A DNA stretch of 64,000 nt from Eledone cirrhosa. Its lineage: Eukaryota. Both the position numbers and the translations under genes were made by a program. Below, one piece after another: positions 1 through 13,763 of the stretch. The DNA is taken from NCBI GenBank assembly GCA_964016885.1, contig OZ024755.1, positions 18,848,001 to 18,912,000 on the forward strand, read 5' to 3'. The stretch's first letter is position 1; each line of letters begins with the position of its first letter. A model generated the notes under the pieces. The model was not told the origin of the DNA. It saw only the letters and a list, made by a program, of their open reading frames with translations, and searched no databases.

Positions 1-930
1 GTTATATATATATATATAATATTTATACTAATAACATCAAATACAATAGTATGTAGTCAAGATCACTGTTAATAGTTTTCAACATTAAACAATAACAGGA
101 TAGAGACACAACAATATACTGCTCTGATATATTGCTTATTGAATTTTGATGTGTGCTTGTGTATGTATGTATATTTGTGTGTGTGTTTGTATGTGTGCCT
201 GTATATGTGTGTGTGCATGTGTCTGTGTCTGTTTAGTACCTGCAGCTGCTTCCATGCCAAAGTTTCACATTAATATCTAAGTATTTAGACAGACATTTTC
301 AACAGACATTCATGTATACGAGTTTTTTGGTTTTTTTAATCAGCATATCTGTTTGGGTGAAGGGACAGGGCCCATCCCCTTCAGAAGTCCTCCCACACTG
401 AAGGGATTCAGTTTTGTGTGTAGAGTATGTCAAGACAGGAAGATTTGGACACCATACCTTGCTCATATATTCCCTATATTGGCATAGTTTCTACAGCTAA
501 ATGCCCTTCCTAATACTAACCACTTTACGGAGTGCTCTGGGTGTATTTTTTTGTGGCTCAAGCATGAACACTTTACAGAGAACATTGGGTGCATTTCATC
601 ATGGAACTAGCACTAGAGAAGTTGTTATGTACTCAGCAAGACTGAAAAATCTTATGTTATATTAAATATATTTTGAACAACTTGACTGAAGAACTACATA
701 AGGTTTGAACCTCAACCAATTTCTCTATGATTGAACAAACTAAAAAGAAAGGCATCAACACCATTGATTTTGATATAATCAACATAATGCTTTTCCCACC
801 ACCCTGGACCAGATTTAGACCTGGGCGAGGGGGCTGTTCAGGTTCGGTGGGCCCCTCATATAACAACACACATATAAGTATATATATATATATATATTCA
901 TATACATGTATGTGTGTGTATATATATATA

Positions 931-1133
931 GGTGCCACGGGGGAAAAAAAAGCACCCAACACTCACTGTCAATGAGGTTGGTGTTAGGAAGGGCATCCAG
1001 CTGTAGAAATCAAGCCAGAATCAGTCCCCGATGAGCAAGACAAGGTCAGCTGACCGGACACTGCCCACAACAGGACAACCCGTCTAACCCATGCTAGCGT
1101 GGAAGAACGGACGTAAAATGGTGATGATGATGA
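931..1133 (+). mobile_element. CORE-like SINE (family B), 5'-truncated, alternative 3' tail
   Basis: ggtgccacgg...aagcacccaacactcactg...ggtgttaggaagggcatccagctgtagaaatcaagccagaatcag matches the other family B copies; tail ends cggacgtaaaatggtgatgatg. Confidence 0.8.
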
Positions 1134-2219
1134 TACACACACACAAATAAATTGAAAGAGAAAGAGGGAGAGAGGAGGGGGCTCTGTTTGTTGAGGGGAG
1201 GTGGACAGGGCAGTAACCCCCCCAAGACACCCCCACCAATAAACCCAACCCTTCCCTCACCCCTTTCTATGTTTTGAATTCAAATCAGGATTTGATCTCT
1301 AAATTTACATATTTTATTACACTCTGTAGACTCAAAGTTTTAATAGTGAATTACCATATTTAATGGCATATAAAGTGTGTGGTGAATATAAGACCATTCT
1401 ACATTTCAATGGGGGATTATTCAAGACAAGAAGATTTGATTGAATTAAAGTATTTAAGGTTTATTGAAATATGCAGACTCAGAGTAAGAAAAAGTACTTA
1501 GCTAAAACAGTAAATAGAACATGATGGAAAAAATCCTTTTTATAACACTTTTCCTCATATTCGATATATAAGTTTCTGAGATTCTGTCACAACATGTGAA
1601 GAGAGAGAAGTAGTTTGACTACCTCATACTACTCCCTGCGTGAATGTGCGTGTATTTTTGTAAGCACGCCTGTGTTTGCAAGTTAATATTTATATACTCA
1701 TACATATAAATGTACATACACACATGCACACTCATATACACATATGCGTCAGTGTATGGAAAAAAATTCTAGTATTGGTAAAAACTTAAAATACATGAAA
1801 TCACTAGTAGTTGTTAGTTTGTGAGTTTGAATATCAATTTTTGGTGGACATTAATAGATAGCTTTAGAAATCAGGTAGGGACAGTAATGAATTTTAACAT
1901 AATAGTTACCCACACCTACCTAAATTTCAAGTTTCTTTCAAAAGCTAATGGATGTTTCTAAGTAAAAAATAATAAAATATATGTGAGAGGTTACCTGTTC
2001 AGGAATAGTTAAGACTTAATTTCTAAGAATTTCATGTACATAAATGAAATTACTCTTTGGACAACTAACTTTAATTTTTATTTTAATTCTGCTTTTTTTT
2101 TAAAATTGAATTAGTGGTAATGATGATAATAATAATGATTTTAGGCACAGTCCCCATCCTACACAAGACACTTTAAATTCAATAGTACAACTCACATGAT
2201 ACCCCCTACATAACAAATA

Positions 2220-2556
2220 CAGTGGAATCTCGGTTCATGAACTTAATTAGTTCCTGAAGGCTGGTTATCACTTGAAATGTTCATAAACCGAAACTATTTT
2301 CCCCATACAAAATGTAGAGAGAGAGAGAGAGAGAGACTGTGTGTGAAAGACAGATTAGATATCACTATAGTAACTAACTACACAGAAAGTGACACCTTCC
2401 CACCGATACTCCAAGCTTGTTGCCAACCATTGTTGCCAGCTTGTGTGTTCATTATTCAAGACACCGTTCGTGAAACAAGATGCGTTATATTTGGAACAAT
2501 TGTTCGTGAACCCATTTGTTCGTGATGAGAGGCATTTGTGAACCAAAGTTCCACTG
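2220..2556. mobile_element. Tc1/mariner (pogo/Tigger-like) MITE
   Basis: TA|cagtggaatctcggttcatgaa ... ttgtgaaccaaagttccactg|TA: imperfect terminal inverted repeats with TA target-site duplication. Confidence 0.75.
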
Positions 2557-2715
2557 TATTCCACACACTCACCACCCAATAAAATAACATAACTTCTTAC
2601 ACAATATATATTCTACATCAGCTATAAACTGTCTCCAACAGACCTTTTCTGTTACATGTAATGTCATGATTATTCATGCATAACTCTATATTGGGTTATT
2701 ATTTTTACACTATGT

Positions 2716-2905
2716 GGGCGGCGGATTGGCAGTATCGGTAGAAGGTCGGACGCCATGCTTTCCAGCATAGTTACGTCCCTTTCTGATCTGAGTTCAAATC
2801 CCGCCGAGATTAATTTTGCCTTTCATCCTTACGGGGTCGATAAAATAAAGTACCAGTAATGCACTGGGATAATTGCTGGCCTTGTGCCTAAAGTAGAAAC
2901 AATTA
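2716..2905 (+). mobile_element. tRNA-derived SINE (family A, Meta-like central domain), full length with TSD
   Basis: A-box-like tggcagtatcgg, B-box gagttcaaatcc, central gcctttcatccttacggggtcgataaaataaagtaccag; flanked by the direct repeat attatttttacactatgt. Confidence 0.9.
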
Positions 2906-3224
2906 TTTTTACACTATGTTTAAAGTAAAAACAGAGTGATTAAGGTTCAAATCCATTTGACCATAGCACTGTTCAATCAGAGCTGACCTAGGGCTAAACA
3001 ACAACAATCTTCTACATATGATTATACAATTCCTTAACAGCTTACTTCCTTCAAGTTAATTGGCTTACTTGTCTTTTAACTTTAGTCATTCTTTAGATAG
3101 ATAGATGGATGGATAGATAAACAGTTACAGGGTCCTGTATTTGTTTGTCTATAATTATTACCACCATCATCATTACCATCAGTTTTATGCCTATTATAAA
3201 TTCTCTTCTGCAGACGTGTGTGTG

Positions 3225-3522
3225 TATGTATGAATGTGTAAATGTGTGTGTGTGTAACACCAACTTTGGTTTGTACCATGTATGTATGTGTAAATGTGTG
3301 TGTGTGTGTGTAACACCAACTTTGGTTTGTACCATGTATGTATGTGTAAACATGTGTGTGTGTAACACCAACTTTGGTTTGTACCATGTATGTATGTGTA
3401 AATGTGTGTGTGTGTGTAACACCAACTTTGGTTTGTACCATGTATGTATGTGTAAATGTGTGTGTGTGTAACACCAACTTTGGTTTGTACCATGTATGTA
3501 TGTGTAAATGTGTGTGTGTGTG
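3225..3522. repeat. Minisatellite, ~55-60 bp unit (aacaccaactttggtttgtaccatgtatgtatgtgtaaa + (tg)n), 5 copies
   Basis: Tandem units visible directly. Confidence 0.9.
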
Positions 3523-4214
3523 TATATTACTTTCCTTTGGTACTTTTATAAATGTTTTTTTCTCACTGAGACAAACCATATCAATAATTCATGTGTACTT
3601 ACATAATCTATGAACAGATCTTGATTGTAATATAGGAGTCTAAGGAGAATTTTAATGATTAGATCATAAATTAGGGAGGTTGGTATGGGAAGTGAAAAGG
3701 TATTTAGATTTCTGGGGAAATGTTATGATGACATGATAAGCTACATACTTTCATGTTGGCACTAACACATATTTTATGCTATAAACCCTTAATTTTGCCT
3801 GTAATTGTACTGGAATCACTGAAAGATGATAAAAATCTACAATTAAGGGATGATTGGCTGTTTATGTTCTGGTCTGCAAAAGGGGATTTATATATACCAG
3901 GCATAAAACTTATAATAATAATAATAGTGGTGGTGGTGAGGCTGGAGGTGGTGGTGGTGGTGTTGGACAGATAGACAGACAAAGAGACAATGGGAGAAGC
4001 AGTGTGTACTAAAAGGTTATAGGCAGAGGAAGCAAAATATGTGTGAAAGACAGAGATAGTAATACATTTGCTGACATGTTAGGTTATACCACTTCCAAAG
4101 AACCCTAAAACTACTTAATTAGTTCATACCTAATTAAAAAATCATCATTATTCTGTCATGGAAATGTGGTTAAGAAGTTTACTTCAAAATCCCATGGTTT
4201 CAAGTTCAGTCTTT

Positions 4215-4505
4215 ATAGTGTAACACCGTTTTTGGTTTGTACCATAGTGTAACACCGTTTTTGGTTTGTACCATAGTGTAACACCACTTTTGGTTTGTAC
4301 CATAGTGTAACACCACTTTTGGTTTGTACCATAGTGTAACACCAACTTTGGTTTGAACCATAGTGTAACACCAACTTCGGTTTGTACCATAGTGTAACAC
4401 CAACTTTGGTTTGTACCATAGTGTAACACCACCTTTGGTTTGTACCATAGTGTAACACCAACTTTGGTTTCCATTGTAGTGTAACACTACCTTTGGTTTA
4501 CATAG
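4215..4505. repeat. 29-bp minisatellite (atagtgtaacaccaactttggtttgtacc), ~10 copies
   Basis: 29-bp period (atagtg at 4215, 4244, ...). Confidence 0.92.
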
Positions 4506-4549
4506 TTTATATATCTTATTCATAAGCTATCATCAAACAACAATGGAAT

Positions 4550-5060
4550 GGCTGCTGTGCAGTATTGCATTGCTCTAGGTTGGACAGCTTTCATCAGGAA
4601 CAAAGAAGTGCTAACATCAAAGCAAGTTTCCTATCATTTGACAGCTAAGATCTTTGACACTTACATCATACCAGTTGTGTTATATGGTCTTGATTGTGTT
4701 AACTGGACAACAATGTCAGTTCAGAAGCTCTCTACATTCCAAAACCATATCATGAGACTTATGACTAACAAACGACTCAGCGACTATATCTCTATCAAAG
4801 AGCTACTCAACATTACCAAGCTTAAACCAAAGACATCAGTTAAAGACATCAAGAGTACTTAAACTGTATGATCATATCCAAAGATCAAATCCTGGTGTGA
4901 GTAAGTTATGCCTCGAAGAAAAGTTAGCTGGTAAGAGAAGCAAGAGTCGACACCCAAAACGCTGGCTTGATAATGTCAATTTATGACTGGACTGACCTTT
5001 GCTCTTTAAACTCTGCTGTTGGTGATCAAACTTTGTGGAGAAAGAAAGAAAACTTTGATG
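4550..5060 (+). mobile_element. Degenerate RTE-clade LINE 3' coding fragment
   Basis: IALGWTAF...KIFDTYIIPVVLYGLDC...FQNHIMR then, after a frameshift, GKRSKSRHPKRWLDNV: typical RTE post-RT motifs. Confidence 0.75.
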
Positions 5061-5624
5061 TAAAACCTGCAACTCAATGGCAGCCAGTGATGTTGACCTG
5101 TTATTTTGGGATATCACTCACCATTGTTCAGAGAGTGGGATTGGTCCAGTGCAAGACCTTTCATCACTTAAAAAAGCTTCAAGCACAGGCATCACTTGAT
5201 CTAAATGAGTTTCACATGTGTTGCATGGCCTTTTCTTTTTTCTTTCACTGTAGCATGTGCAGGAAGGAGTCTAAGTCCTTGACAGAATTAAAAAGTTATG
5301 GTTATGCCACCACTCTATGAGAAAAAGGTCAAGGGATGGCAAATCTCAAAACTGAGATGCAACCATTATATATTTACATACACAGATGATGTACATCTTA
5401 CTAGCAGGGAAAACGGATGTTAAACGATGATATATATATCATCATCATCATCATATGTCTGTGTGTGGTAAATAGAACTCAGTAATTTTATTAACAAATC
5501 TACAAGATATTTTATATATATATAACAACCTATGAAAGAGTGAGAACTTATCTCTCTTTCTACTTCTTCCTAACTTTCTAATTTGTTCATTATTCATTAA
5601 GCAATGCACAAAACACAACCAAAT

Positions 5625-5743
5625 GTTTACTGCCACACACACTACCACATCTTTATTTCTCTCTCTCACACATACATACACACACACCTCTCTCTCTCTC
5701 TCACACACACACACACTACCACAACTCTCACACATACACACAC

Positions 5744-5777
<34 letters not shown>

Positions 5778-6120
5778 ATGCCATACATAAACACACAAAC
5801 TCTACCCTATATTCTCACAGATACACATGCCACATACCAGACCTCTCTCTCACACACACACACACACACACAAACAGTACTCCATATTATCGCACACACT
5901 GACACATACACCTCTCTCTCTCTCTCACACACACACTACCACAACTCTCACACATACACACACCTCTCTCTCTCTCTCTCTCACAAACACACAATGCCAT
6001 ACATAAACACACAAACTCTACCCTATATTCTCACAGATACACATGCCACATACCAGACCTCTCTCTCTCACACACACACACACAAACAGTACTCCATATT
6101 ATCGCACACACAGACACATA
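5625..6120. repeat. CA/CT-rich low-complexity block with a ~220-bp tandem duplication
   Basis: acacacaatgccatacataaacacacaaactctaccctatattctcacag occurs twice; explains the 211-aa ORF. Confidence 0.8.
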
Positions 6121-6562
6121 CAAGCACTACCCCATATTATCATACATACACATACACACTGCCACACATAAAGAGAGAATCAGTAAATCAGAAAAGTGAT
6201 CCACTTCTGATAAATCTTGACAAGGTTTATAGGAGATAAAGTGAAACTGAATAAAGTAGTCCCTGGTTGTGAAATAGAATGAAAGATCTCATCAGAGTAT
6301 TAACTAGTCTTAACTGTAGAAACAGGAAGGAAGTAAAAAGATGTAAATTATTTATCTCACAAAAATCTTGTCAATCAACTCACATATTACAGGTTTCAAA
6401 AGAAACTGTTCAGTCTCCTAATATTACACAGTTTAGTGTGTGTGTGTGTGTGTAATAATATACACATGCACATAAACAATATATATATATATATACACAC
6501 ATATATATATATATGTGTGTGAACATGAGGCTGTGTGTATGTGTTTGATAATACAGACAGAA

Positions 6563-6615
<53 letters not shown>

Positions 6616-6618
<3 letters not shown>

Positions 6619-6992
6619 TCATCATCATCATTTCATTTTATCATACGTCCACTTTTTCCCTGCTTGCAAGGGTGGGACGGGAACTGATTCTGGCTTGATT
6701 TCTACAGCTGGATGCCCTTCCTAACACCAACCTCATTTTCAGTGAGTGCTGGGTGCTTTTTTGCCGTGGCACCTCCACGACAACTTTGCAGTGTGGGCTG
6801 GGTGCTTTTTTGCCGTGGCACCTCCACGACCACTTTGCAGTGAAATGATAGGGACCCCAGTCCCGATCAATCTCATTTCTACAGCTGAGTAAACTGGAGC
6901 AATGTGAAATAAAGTGTCTTGCTCAAGAGAATTGAACTCCCAACCTTTCGATTGCAAGGCCAATGCTCTAACCACTAAGCCATGTGCCTCCA
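6616..6992 (-). mobile_element. CORE-like SINE (family B) with an internal ~50-bp duplication
   Basis: tRNA head ggaggcacatggcttagtggttagagc on the minus strand; gctgggtgcttttttgccgtggcacctccacga duplicated; (gat)n tail. Confidence 0.9.
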
Positions 6993-7035
6993 CACATATA
7001 TATATATACATATATATATATACATACACACACAT

Positions 7036-7133
7036 AAGAGAGAGAAAAAGAAAGAGAGATGGCTGTGTGTGTGTGAGAAAGAGAGAGGTTGTGTGTGTGA
7101 GAGAAAGAGAGAGAGGCTGTGTGTGTGAGAGAA

Positions 7134-7165
<32 letters not shown>

Positions 7166-7383
7166 GCTGTGTGTGTGTGAGAGAGAAAGAAAGAGAAGCT
7201 ATGTGTGTGTGAGAGAGAGAGGCTGTGTGTGTGTGTGTGAGAGAGAAAGAGGCTATGTGTGTGTGAGAGAGAGAGAGAGAGGGAGAGAGAGAGAGAAAGA
7301 GAGGCTGTGTATGTGTGTGAGAGAGGGAGAGAGGGAGAGAGAAAGAGAGAGAGGCTGTGTGTGTGTGTGAGAGAGAGAGAGGC

Positions 7384-7425
<42 letters not shown>
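7036..7425. repeat. Compound (GA)n/(GT)n repeat with ggct spacers
   Basis: Repeated gagagaggctgtgtgtgt units. Confidence 0.85.
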
Positions 7426-7426
<1 letters not shown>

Positions 7427-7704
7427 TGCGTGTACATAAACCCATCTGGAAATATTTTGTACCTGTTTCATTTAGTTACAGCAGCAACTGTAATACTTAC
7501 CATCTGTGGAAAGAAAGGCAGCTATTTTCTAAGCAATACATACTCTAAACATGCTTATCTTTATCTTGATAAAAATCAGAATTTTAATAAAACCAGGTTG
7601 AACAAATTGATTAAAGTTCCTTTAACCTTAGAAGGTTAAAGGAACTTTTATCAATATGTGATTTCTTTTTTTGTTTTTATAAGTTTTTTCCTAATTTATT
7701 ATTC

Positions 7705-7905
7705 TATGGGTGTGGGCTGAAAATTCATAGGCTGATTATGAAGAAGGGATGCTAGTGTTGTGAAATCTTGCACATAATAATTTCAACTCTTCTTATTAAT
7801 AAGCGCATTGTTTCTTTCAATGGACTATGTTGAAAAATAAATCTCATTTGGTCATTCCATGAGAGTATCTTGGTCAGCCTATAAACTTTTTAGCTGACCT
7901 TTGTA
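7705..7905. mobile_element. Mariner-like MITE (~200 bp); second copy at 43753-43954 in the opposite orientation
   Basis: TIR-like ends gctgaaaattcataggctga / tcagcctataaactttttagc, TA flanks; interior is the reverse complement of 43753-43954. Confidence 0.75.
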
Positions 7906-8111
7906 CTTAGGACTAATATAGGATTGTTAAGACAAATGTTTCCCAAAATGAGTTTCAAGGAAACTCAGTGTTTATCAAAACAACAACAACAAAAAAAGAT
8001 TCTGAGGTTCCATGAAATAAATGTTTTTAACTCTTAATGTATGAAATCAAATTAATAAGACATTCTCAAAAAGTACAAAGCAGCACTATGATTGCATTGG
8101 TATTTCCATTA

Positions 8112-8320
8112 GGGCGGTGGATTGGCAGTATCAGTAGAGCGTCAGAAACCATGCTTTGCAGCATAGAGTTATGACCCTTTACGTTCTGAGTTCAAATCCT
8201 GCCAAGGTTAACTTTGCCGTTCGTCCATACAAGGTCGATAAAATAAAGCACCAGTAATGCACTGGGGTAATGCACTGGGATAATTGCTGGCCTTGTGCCA
8301 AAAGGTAGAAACAATTATTA
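8112..8320 (+). mobile_element. Family A SINE
   Basis: gggcggtggattggcagtatc...gagttcaaatcc...gtcgataaaataaagcaccag...agaaacaattatt. Confidence 0.88.
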
Positions 8321-9289
8321 AAATTATCTACCAGTTACAATTTCTAGCAGAAATGTAACCACTTTTTTCAGTGACAGGAGCTGGGATTTGAACTCAGACT
8401 GCACTGAGCCAGAACAAACACCACAAAGGATCCTGTTTGATTCATTAACAGTTCTACTAATCAACCTCTTCCCCTGGACTGGTAACTTTATTTATCAACC
8501 CAGAGAAGATGAAAGGTAAATTTGATCTCAGTAGAATTTGAACTCAGAGTACAGAGAGCTGGAATAAATAATCCAACTCTCCATTGACTCAGGTATTTCA
8601 CAGCTCAATTAGATTCTATAACAAAAAACATATGAATAGATACAACAAAACTTCCTTCACAATCATATAGCCCAGAATATTGAAAATCTCATTTCCTTAG
8701 TATATTTATTTTAATATAAGAACACAGTTAAGTCTTACAGAATAATCTACCAGCACCACAACAACAACAAAAACAATACCAACACCTATATTATCAATAT
8801 AACAACAACAATGATATCAATCATTGATTTTCTACTCAAGCAATATAAATACTTATTTACTTATTTATTTTCTTGTATCAACTTTGTTCATATTACTTAT
8901 AGACCATATCAATAGATTCATCAAAGAAGATGCTTAGAAAGTATGGATAAATTGAGTTAGCAGAGTTTGTCTGCAAATAACTATGTCAGGATATAATCTT
9001 TATCCCGTATGACAGACAACCTGTTGTTTTATCATCTAAAGATAGAAAGATTCTACTAGAATTATGTATCTCTTCAAATCCACTACAGCTTACTTAGAGG
9101 CGAAAATTGAATTAGACTGAGTATTTCCTCTAAAGAATCTTGTATAAATCTTTTTACTTCAAATTCAATTTAATCTCTGATTATTTATGTAACATTTCTA
9201 CCATGTTTCATCTGTATTGTCACTGATCCTACTTATTCTAGATATAATGTTTCAAAAAATAAGGAAAAAGAAAAAGAAATATATATAAA

Positions 9290-9775
9290 GGGTTTAGAGG
9301 ACTCTTCAGTTGTGTCAAGGACATCACAGCCTCCCTAGTGTTGGTGACCTACATGATAAACACACCCAGTTTTTGCTGTGAAGTGGTTGTTGATAGGAAG
9401 GACATCCAACCGTAGAAAGCTTGCCAAACAAAGTGTTGGGAGGACCCTTCAATTTTGTTAAGGACATGACAGTCTCCCTAGTTTTGGTGATTTTTGCGAT
9501 AAATGTACTCAGTACACACTTTAAAGTAGTTGGGGATTTTAAGGGCATCCAGCTCTAGAAAGCTTGTCAAATAAAGAGTTGGGAGAACCTTTCAGTTGTG
9601 TCAAAGACATGGCAACCTCTCCTGTGTACTTAGTAGAATACGAGACCATACATAAATGATATACAGATCCCTGGCCTGTCTGGGAGGTCAGTAACCTCGC
9701 TTCAGTACTGACTTTATGTAGATCTGTCCAACCTTTGCTAGCAGGGAAAGTGGAAATTAAAATGATGATGATGAC
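9290..9775 (+). mobile_element. Old SINE/LINE 3'-end-derived repeat with internal tandem duplications
   Basis: Repeated cttcagttgtgtcaaggacat and aggaaggacatccaaccgtagaaagcttgcc; tail ccaacctttgctagcagggaaagtgg...gatgatg; similar to 34115-34340. Confidence 0.55.
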
Positions 9776-10491
9776 ATATATATATATAAAAGCAGAATGG
9801 TTTTGTGCTTAGTTTTATTGTATTGCTCACACATATCCATGGAACAAACAATTAATATTTAATTAACTAGATGCCTTATTCTATTTCTGACAACTCTATA
9901 TACAAACTATAATGTTTTTAGTTTTATATATAAGTTAACTCTTTTCATATCAACCTACCTAAAAGCAGCCATTTTAAAGGATTCCTATTTAAATTAAAAT
10001 CTTTCAACATAATTTTAATAAGATCTTTTGTTAAGTTATGTTGTGCATGTCTAATGGTGTCGAATTATTTCACTTTCAGACAAACCACAAGTAAACAAAA
10101 TGATAAATTGAAAATGAATTTTGTTCTACAATATGAAGCTGTATATTTTAATAAATACATTCTAGCCTATTAGGTGGTGGTGCTGTAGGGTGGTGGTGCT
10201 GGAGTGAGGTGGTTGATGCTGGAGTGAGGTGGTTGGTGCTGGAGTGAGGTGGTTGGTGCTGGAGTGAGGTGGTTGGTGCTGGGAGAGTGGTACAGCCATA
10301 TAAATAATGCCAAAAATGTGATGTATAAGTGAAGAGTGAACATCTGGTATGTCTGGCCTTGGAATAGGACAACCTGATTGGCCTATGTAGGCATGGTAAA
10401 TGGATGTAGAGCAGTGATGGTGGTGATGATCATGATGATGATATATATCTATATTATATATATTTATATTATCATCATTTTATTTGTGATA

Positions 10492-10885
10492 ATGGTGACA
10501 TGACAAAAGCACCCAGTCCAACCAGCAAAGTGGTCTTGCTGATGTCATGACAAAAAGCACCTCGTCCACCTTGTAAGAGTGTCATACTGGTGCCACAACA
10601 AAAAGCACCAAGTCCATCCTGTAAGGTAGTTGCGCTGGTGCCACAAAAGAAAAAGAACCCAGTCCAACCGTCAAGGTGGTTGTGTTAGTTGACATGACAA
10701 AAAGAATCCAGTCTGCCCTGTAAGGTGTTTGGCATTAGAGAAGAGCATCCAAACATTGATAATGAAGCCAAAAGTGAATTGTATGAGCAAGACTTGGTCG
10801 CTTGGCCTATTTAGCACAACATAGCAGCTTGTCTGACCCATGTAATCAAGGAAAATAGATGGTATACAATGATGATGATGACGAT
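10492..10885 (+). repeat. Diverged ~50-bp tandem repeat inside an old SINE body
   Basis: Units gtg(a/c)catgacaaaaagcacccagtccacc..gtaag.. followed by ggcattagagaagagcatcc and a (gat)n tail. Confidence 0.6.
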
Positions 10886-11527
10886 AATTTCTTTGATATT
10901 CCTGAACATATTTGAAACAACTTTACTTGAAATGTATTATCAGATACAAATGAACTCAAAACTGATTAAGAGAAGCATACAAATCAAAGTGGCATCATCA
11001 TTGCATGACTACATTACAGCTGAATTCAGTAGTCTTTTAGATTGAAAAGAAATTTTGAAGGAAGGAGTGGGGAAAAAACATATTTTTATGTAATATTTTC
11101 TGAATCTAAAAGTTTGAACTACCCTATAGCTAGCTGAACATCAATAGTCTCTTAAACAATTCAGAAGAAAATTTTGAAGTAGAGGATAAAAAGTAAAATC
11201 TTTATATGATATTTTGTTTTAGTTCTACAAGCTTGAACAATACTTCAAAGTTAAGTTAAACTTTAGTTCTATTTGATATCTTGTTCTTTCTATGCAATGT
11301 GACAGTTAGAAGAAAATAAAATAAATGTATCCACATTTGTGTAGTTGGGGTAAGTTTGAATTGGCAGTAATATATTTAGATAAAATATATTCACCCTATC
11401 ACAATAAGATGCACCGTATAATAAAATGTACTCAATATATTCTGTAATGTAGTTGGTGATCAAATAGAGACAGTATAGAGTATGGAGGACTCTTCAGTCT
11501 CGCTAAGCATATGGCAACCTCTCTAGT

Positions 11528-12065
11528 GCTAGAGCCATGATAAAATGCACTCAGTACACTCTGTAAAATGGTAGTGCTGGTGCCATGATAGAATGCACTC
11601 AGTACACTCTGTAAAATGGTAGTGCTGGTGTCATGATAAAATGCACTCAGTACACTCTGTAAAATGGTAGTGCTGGTGTCATGATAAAATGCACTCAGTA
11701 CACTCTGTAAAATGGTAGTGCTGGTGCCATGATAGAATGCACTCAGTACACTCTGTAAAATGGTAGTGCTGGTGCCATGATAAAATGCACTCAGTACACT
11801 CTGTAAAATGGTAGTACTGGTGTCATGATAAAATGCACTCTGTACACTCTGTAAAATGGTAGTACTGGTGCCATGATAAAATGCACTCTGTACACTCTGT
11901 AAAATGGTAGTACTGGTGCCATGATAAAATGCACTCTGTACACTCTGTAAAATGGTAGTGCTGGTGTCATGATAGAATGCACTCAGTACACTCTGTAAAG
12001 TCATAGTAGTAGTGCCATGATAAAATGCACCCAGTACACTTTGTAAACTTGTGGTGCAGGTGCTA
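11528..12065. repeat. 48-bp minisatellite (ccatgataaaatgcactcagtacactctgtaaaatggtagtgctggtg), ~11 copies, SINE-derived
   Basis: 48-bp period gives the 16-aa repeat in ORF 11432-12004; unit resembles the SINE B segment ggtgccacggcaaaaaagcacccagcactcactgtaaa. Confidence 0.9.
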
Positions 12066-12496
12066 TAATAAACTGTACCATATACATCCTATAAGGTAGT
12101 TGGAGATAGGAAGTAGATCCAGCCACAGTAACTATGCCAAATATCAAACATAAGAGAAAGATGATGTCCCTTTCTAACCTGTCTAGTTTTGGCAACACAT
12201 AAAACCCATGCCAGCAAGGAAACAGGCATAAAACGATGATAAAATGCATCCAGTATACTCTGTAAATTTGTGGTGATGGTGCCACGATAAAATGCAGCCT
12301 ATACATTCTATAAGATGGTCGGAGTTAGCAAAGATATCTAGCCATAGAAATTATGCCAAATATGGAATGCAAGAGAAAGATGAGGTCTCCCAAACCTGTC
12401 TAGTATTGGATTATGACAACACATACACAAATGCCAGCATGAAAATCAGGCATGAAATGATGATAATATGATATCGACAGTAAATGTATGTGTATA

Positions 12497-12820
12497 TCAT
12501 CATCACTTTTACGTCCGCTTTTCCCTGCTTGCAAGGGTGGGACGGGAACTGATTGTGACTTGATTTCTACAGCTGGATGCCCTTCCTAACACCAACCTCA
12601 TTTACAGTGAGTGCTGGGTGCTTTTTTTCTGTGGCACCTCCACGACCACTTTGCAGTGGAATGATAGGGACCCCAGTCCTATCATCTCATTTCTACAGCT
12701 GAGTAAACTGGAGCAATGTGAAATAAAGTGTCTTGCTCAAGGAAACAACACATCACCCGGTCTGAGAATTGAACTCACAACCTTTCGATTGCAAGGCCAA
12801 TGCTCTAACCACTAAGCCAT
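12497..12820 (-). mobile_element. CORE-like SINE (family B), near full length
   Basis: Reverse complement of 61666-62011. Confidence 0.92.
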
Positions 12821-12850
12821 ATATATATATACAAGTATTGCACCAAGAAA

Positions 12851-12907
<57 letters not shown>

Positions 12908-13155
12908 GGTATGTGTATATATATATATCATGTAATATTTTCTTTCTTCTAATTTTTTGTCTGTATTTCTATGTTTATTTTGTCAATAAATAGGAAGTTT
13001 AAATACCCCCTCCCCACAATCAGCAAAGTTATTAGTACAGAAATATTGAAATAATTTAATATCTACATCATTAAATCTCACATGTAGAATTGTGTATTGT
13101 AGTAAAAAGTTTGAATACTATAAATGTTACATCATATATCTATGTATGTATGTAT

Positions 13156-13209
<54 letters not shown>

Positions 13210-13347
13210 GTATATACATATATATATACACATCATATATATACATATATCGATATATACATACTAGCTGAACTCATGGACATTTTGCAGTTTAATTATA
13301 AACATTCATAAAGTATTAAAAATCAATATGACATTTTAAATGTTCTA

Positions 13348-13406
<59 letters not shown>

Positions 13407-13585
13407 GTATGTGTGTGTATATATAAATATATACACACACATACACTATTTAATTCCAATAAATACAATACAACAAAATAAATTGAATAAATTGACCAAA
13501 TAAATGAAACTACCAAATGGAATATTTTGCTCAAATATAATTTGAAAGTAAACCATGTTTCATGTTCATTGGAGGCTTAAAAAAA

Positions 13586-13763
13586 TAATTGTTTCTACTT
13601 TAGGCACAAGGCCAGCAATTACCCAGTGCATTACTGGTACTTTATTTTATCGACCCCGTAAGGATGAAAGGCAAAGTCAACCTCGGCGGGATTTGAACTC
13701 AGATCATAAAGGGACGTAACTATGCTGGAAAGCATGGTGTCCGACCCTCTACTGATACTGCCA
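13586..13763 (-). mobile_element. Family A SINE
   Basis: aattgtttctactttaggcacaagg...ggatttgaactc...tactgccaa. Confidence 0.9.

Noticed and set aside
3225-4505. CRISPR-like repeat/spacer appearance
   Set aside because: Spacers are identical or microsatellite, the context is eukaryotic, and there are no cas genes.
5604-7639. Many HT/SL/ER/CV-rich ORFs here and at 38142, 41343, 54083 etc.
   Set aside because: Translations of dinucleotide microsatellites.
11432-12004. 190-aa repeat ORF
   Set aside because: 48-bp SINE-derived minisatellite.
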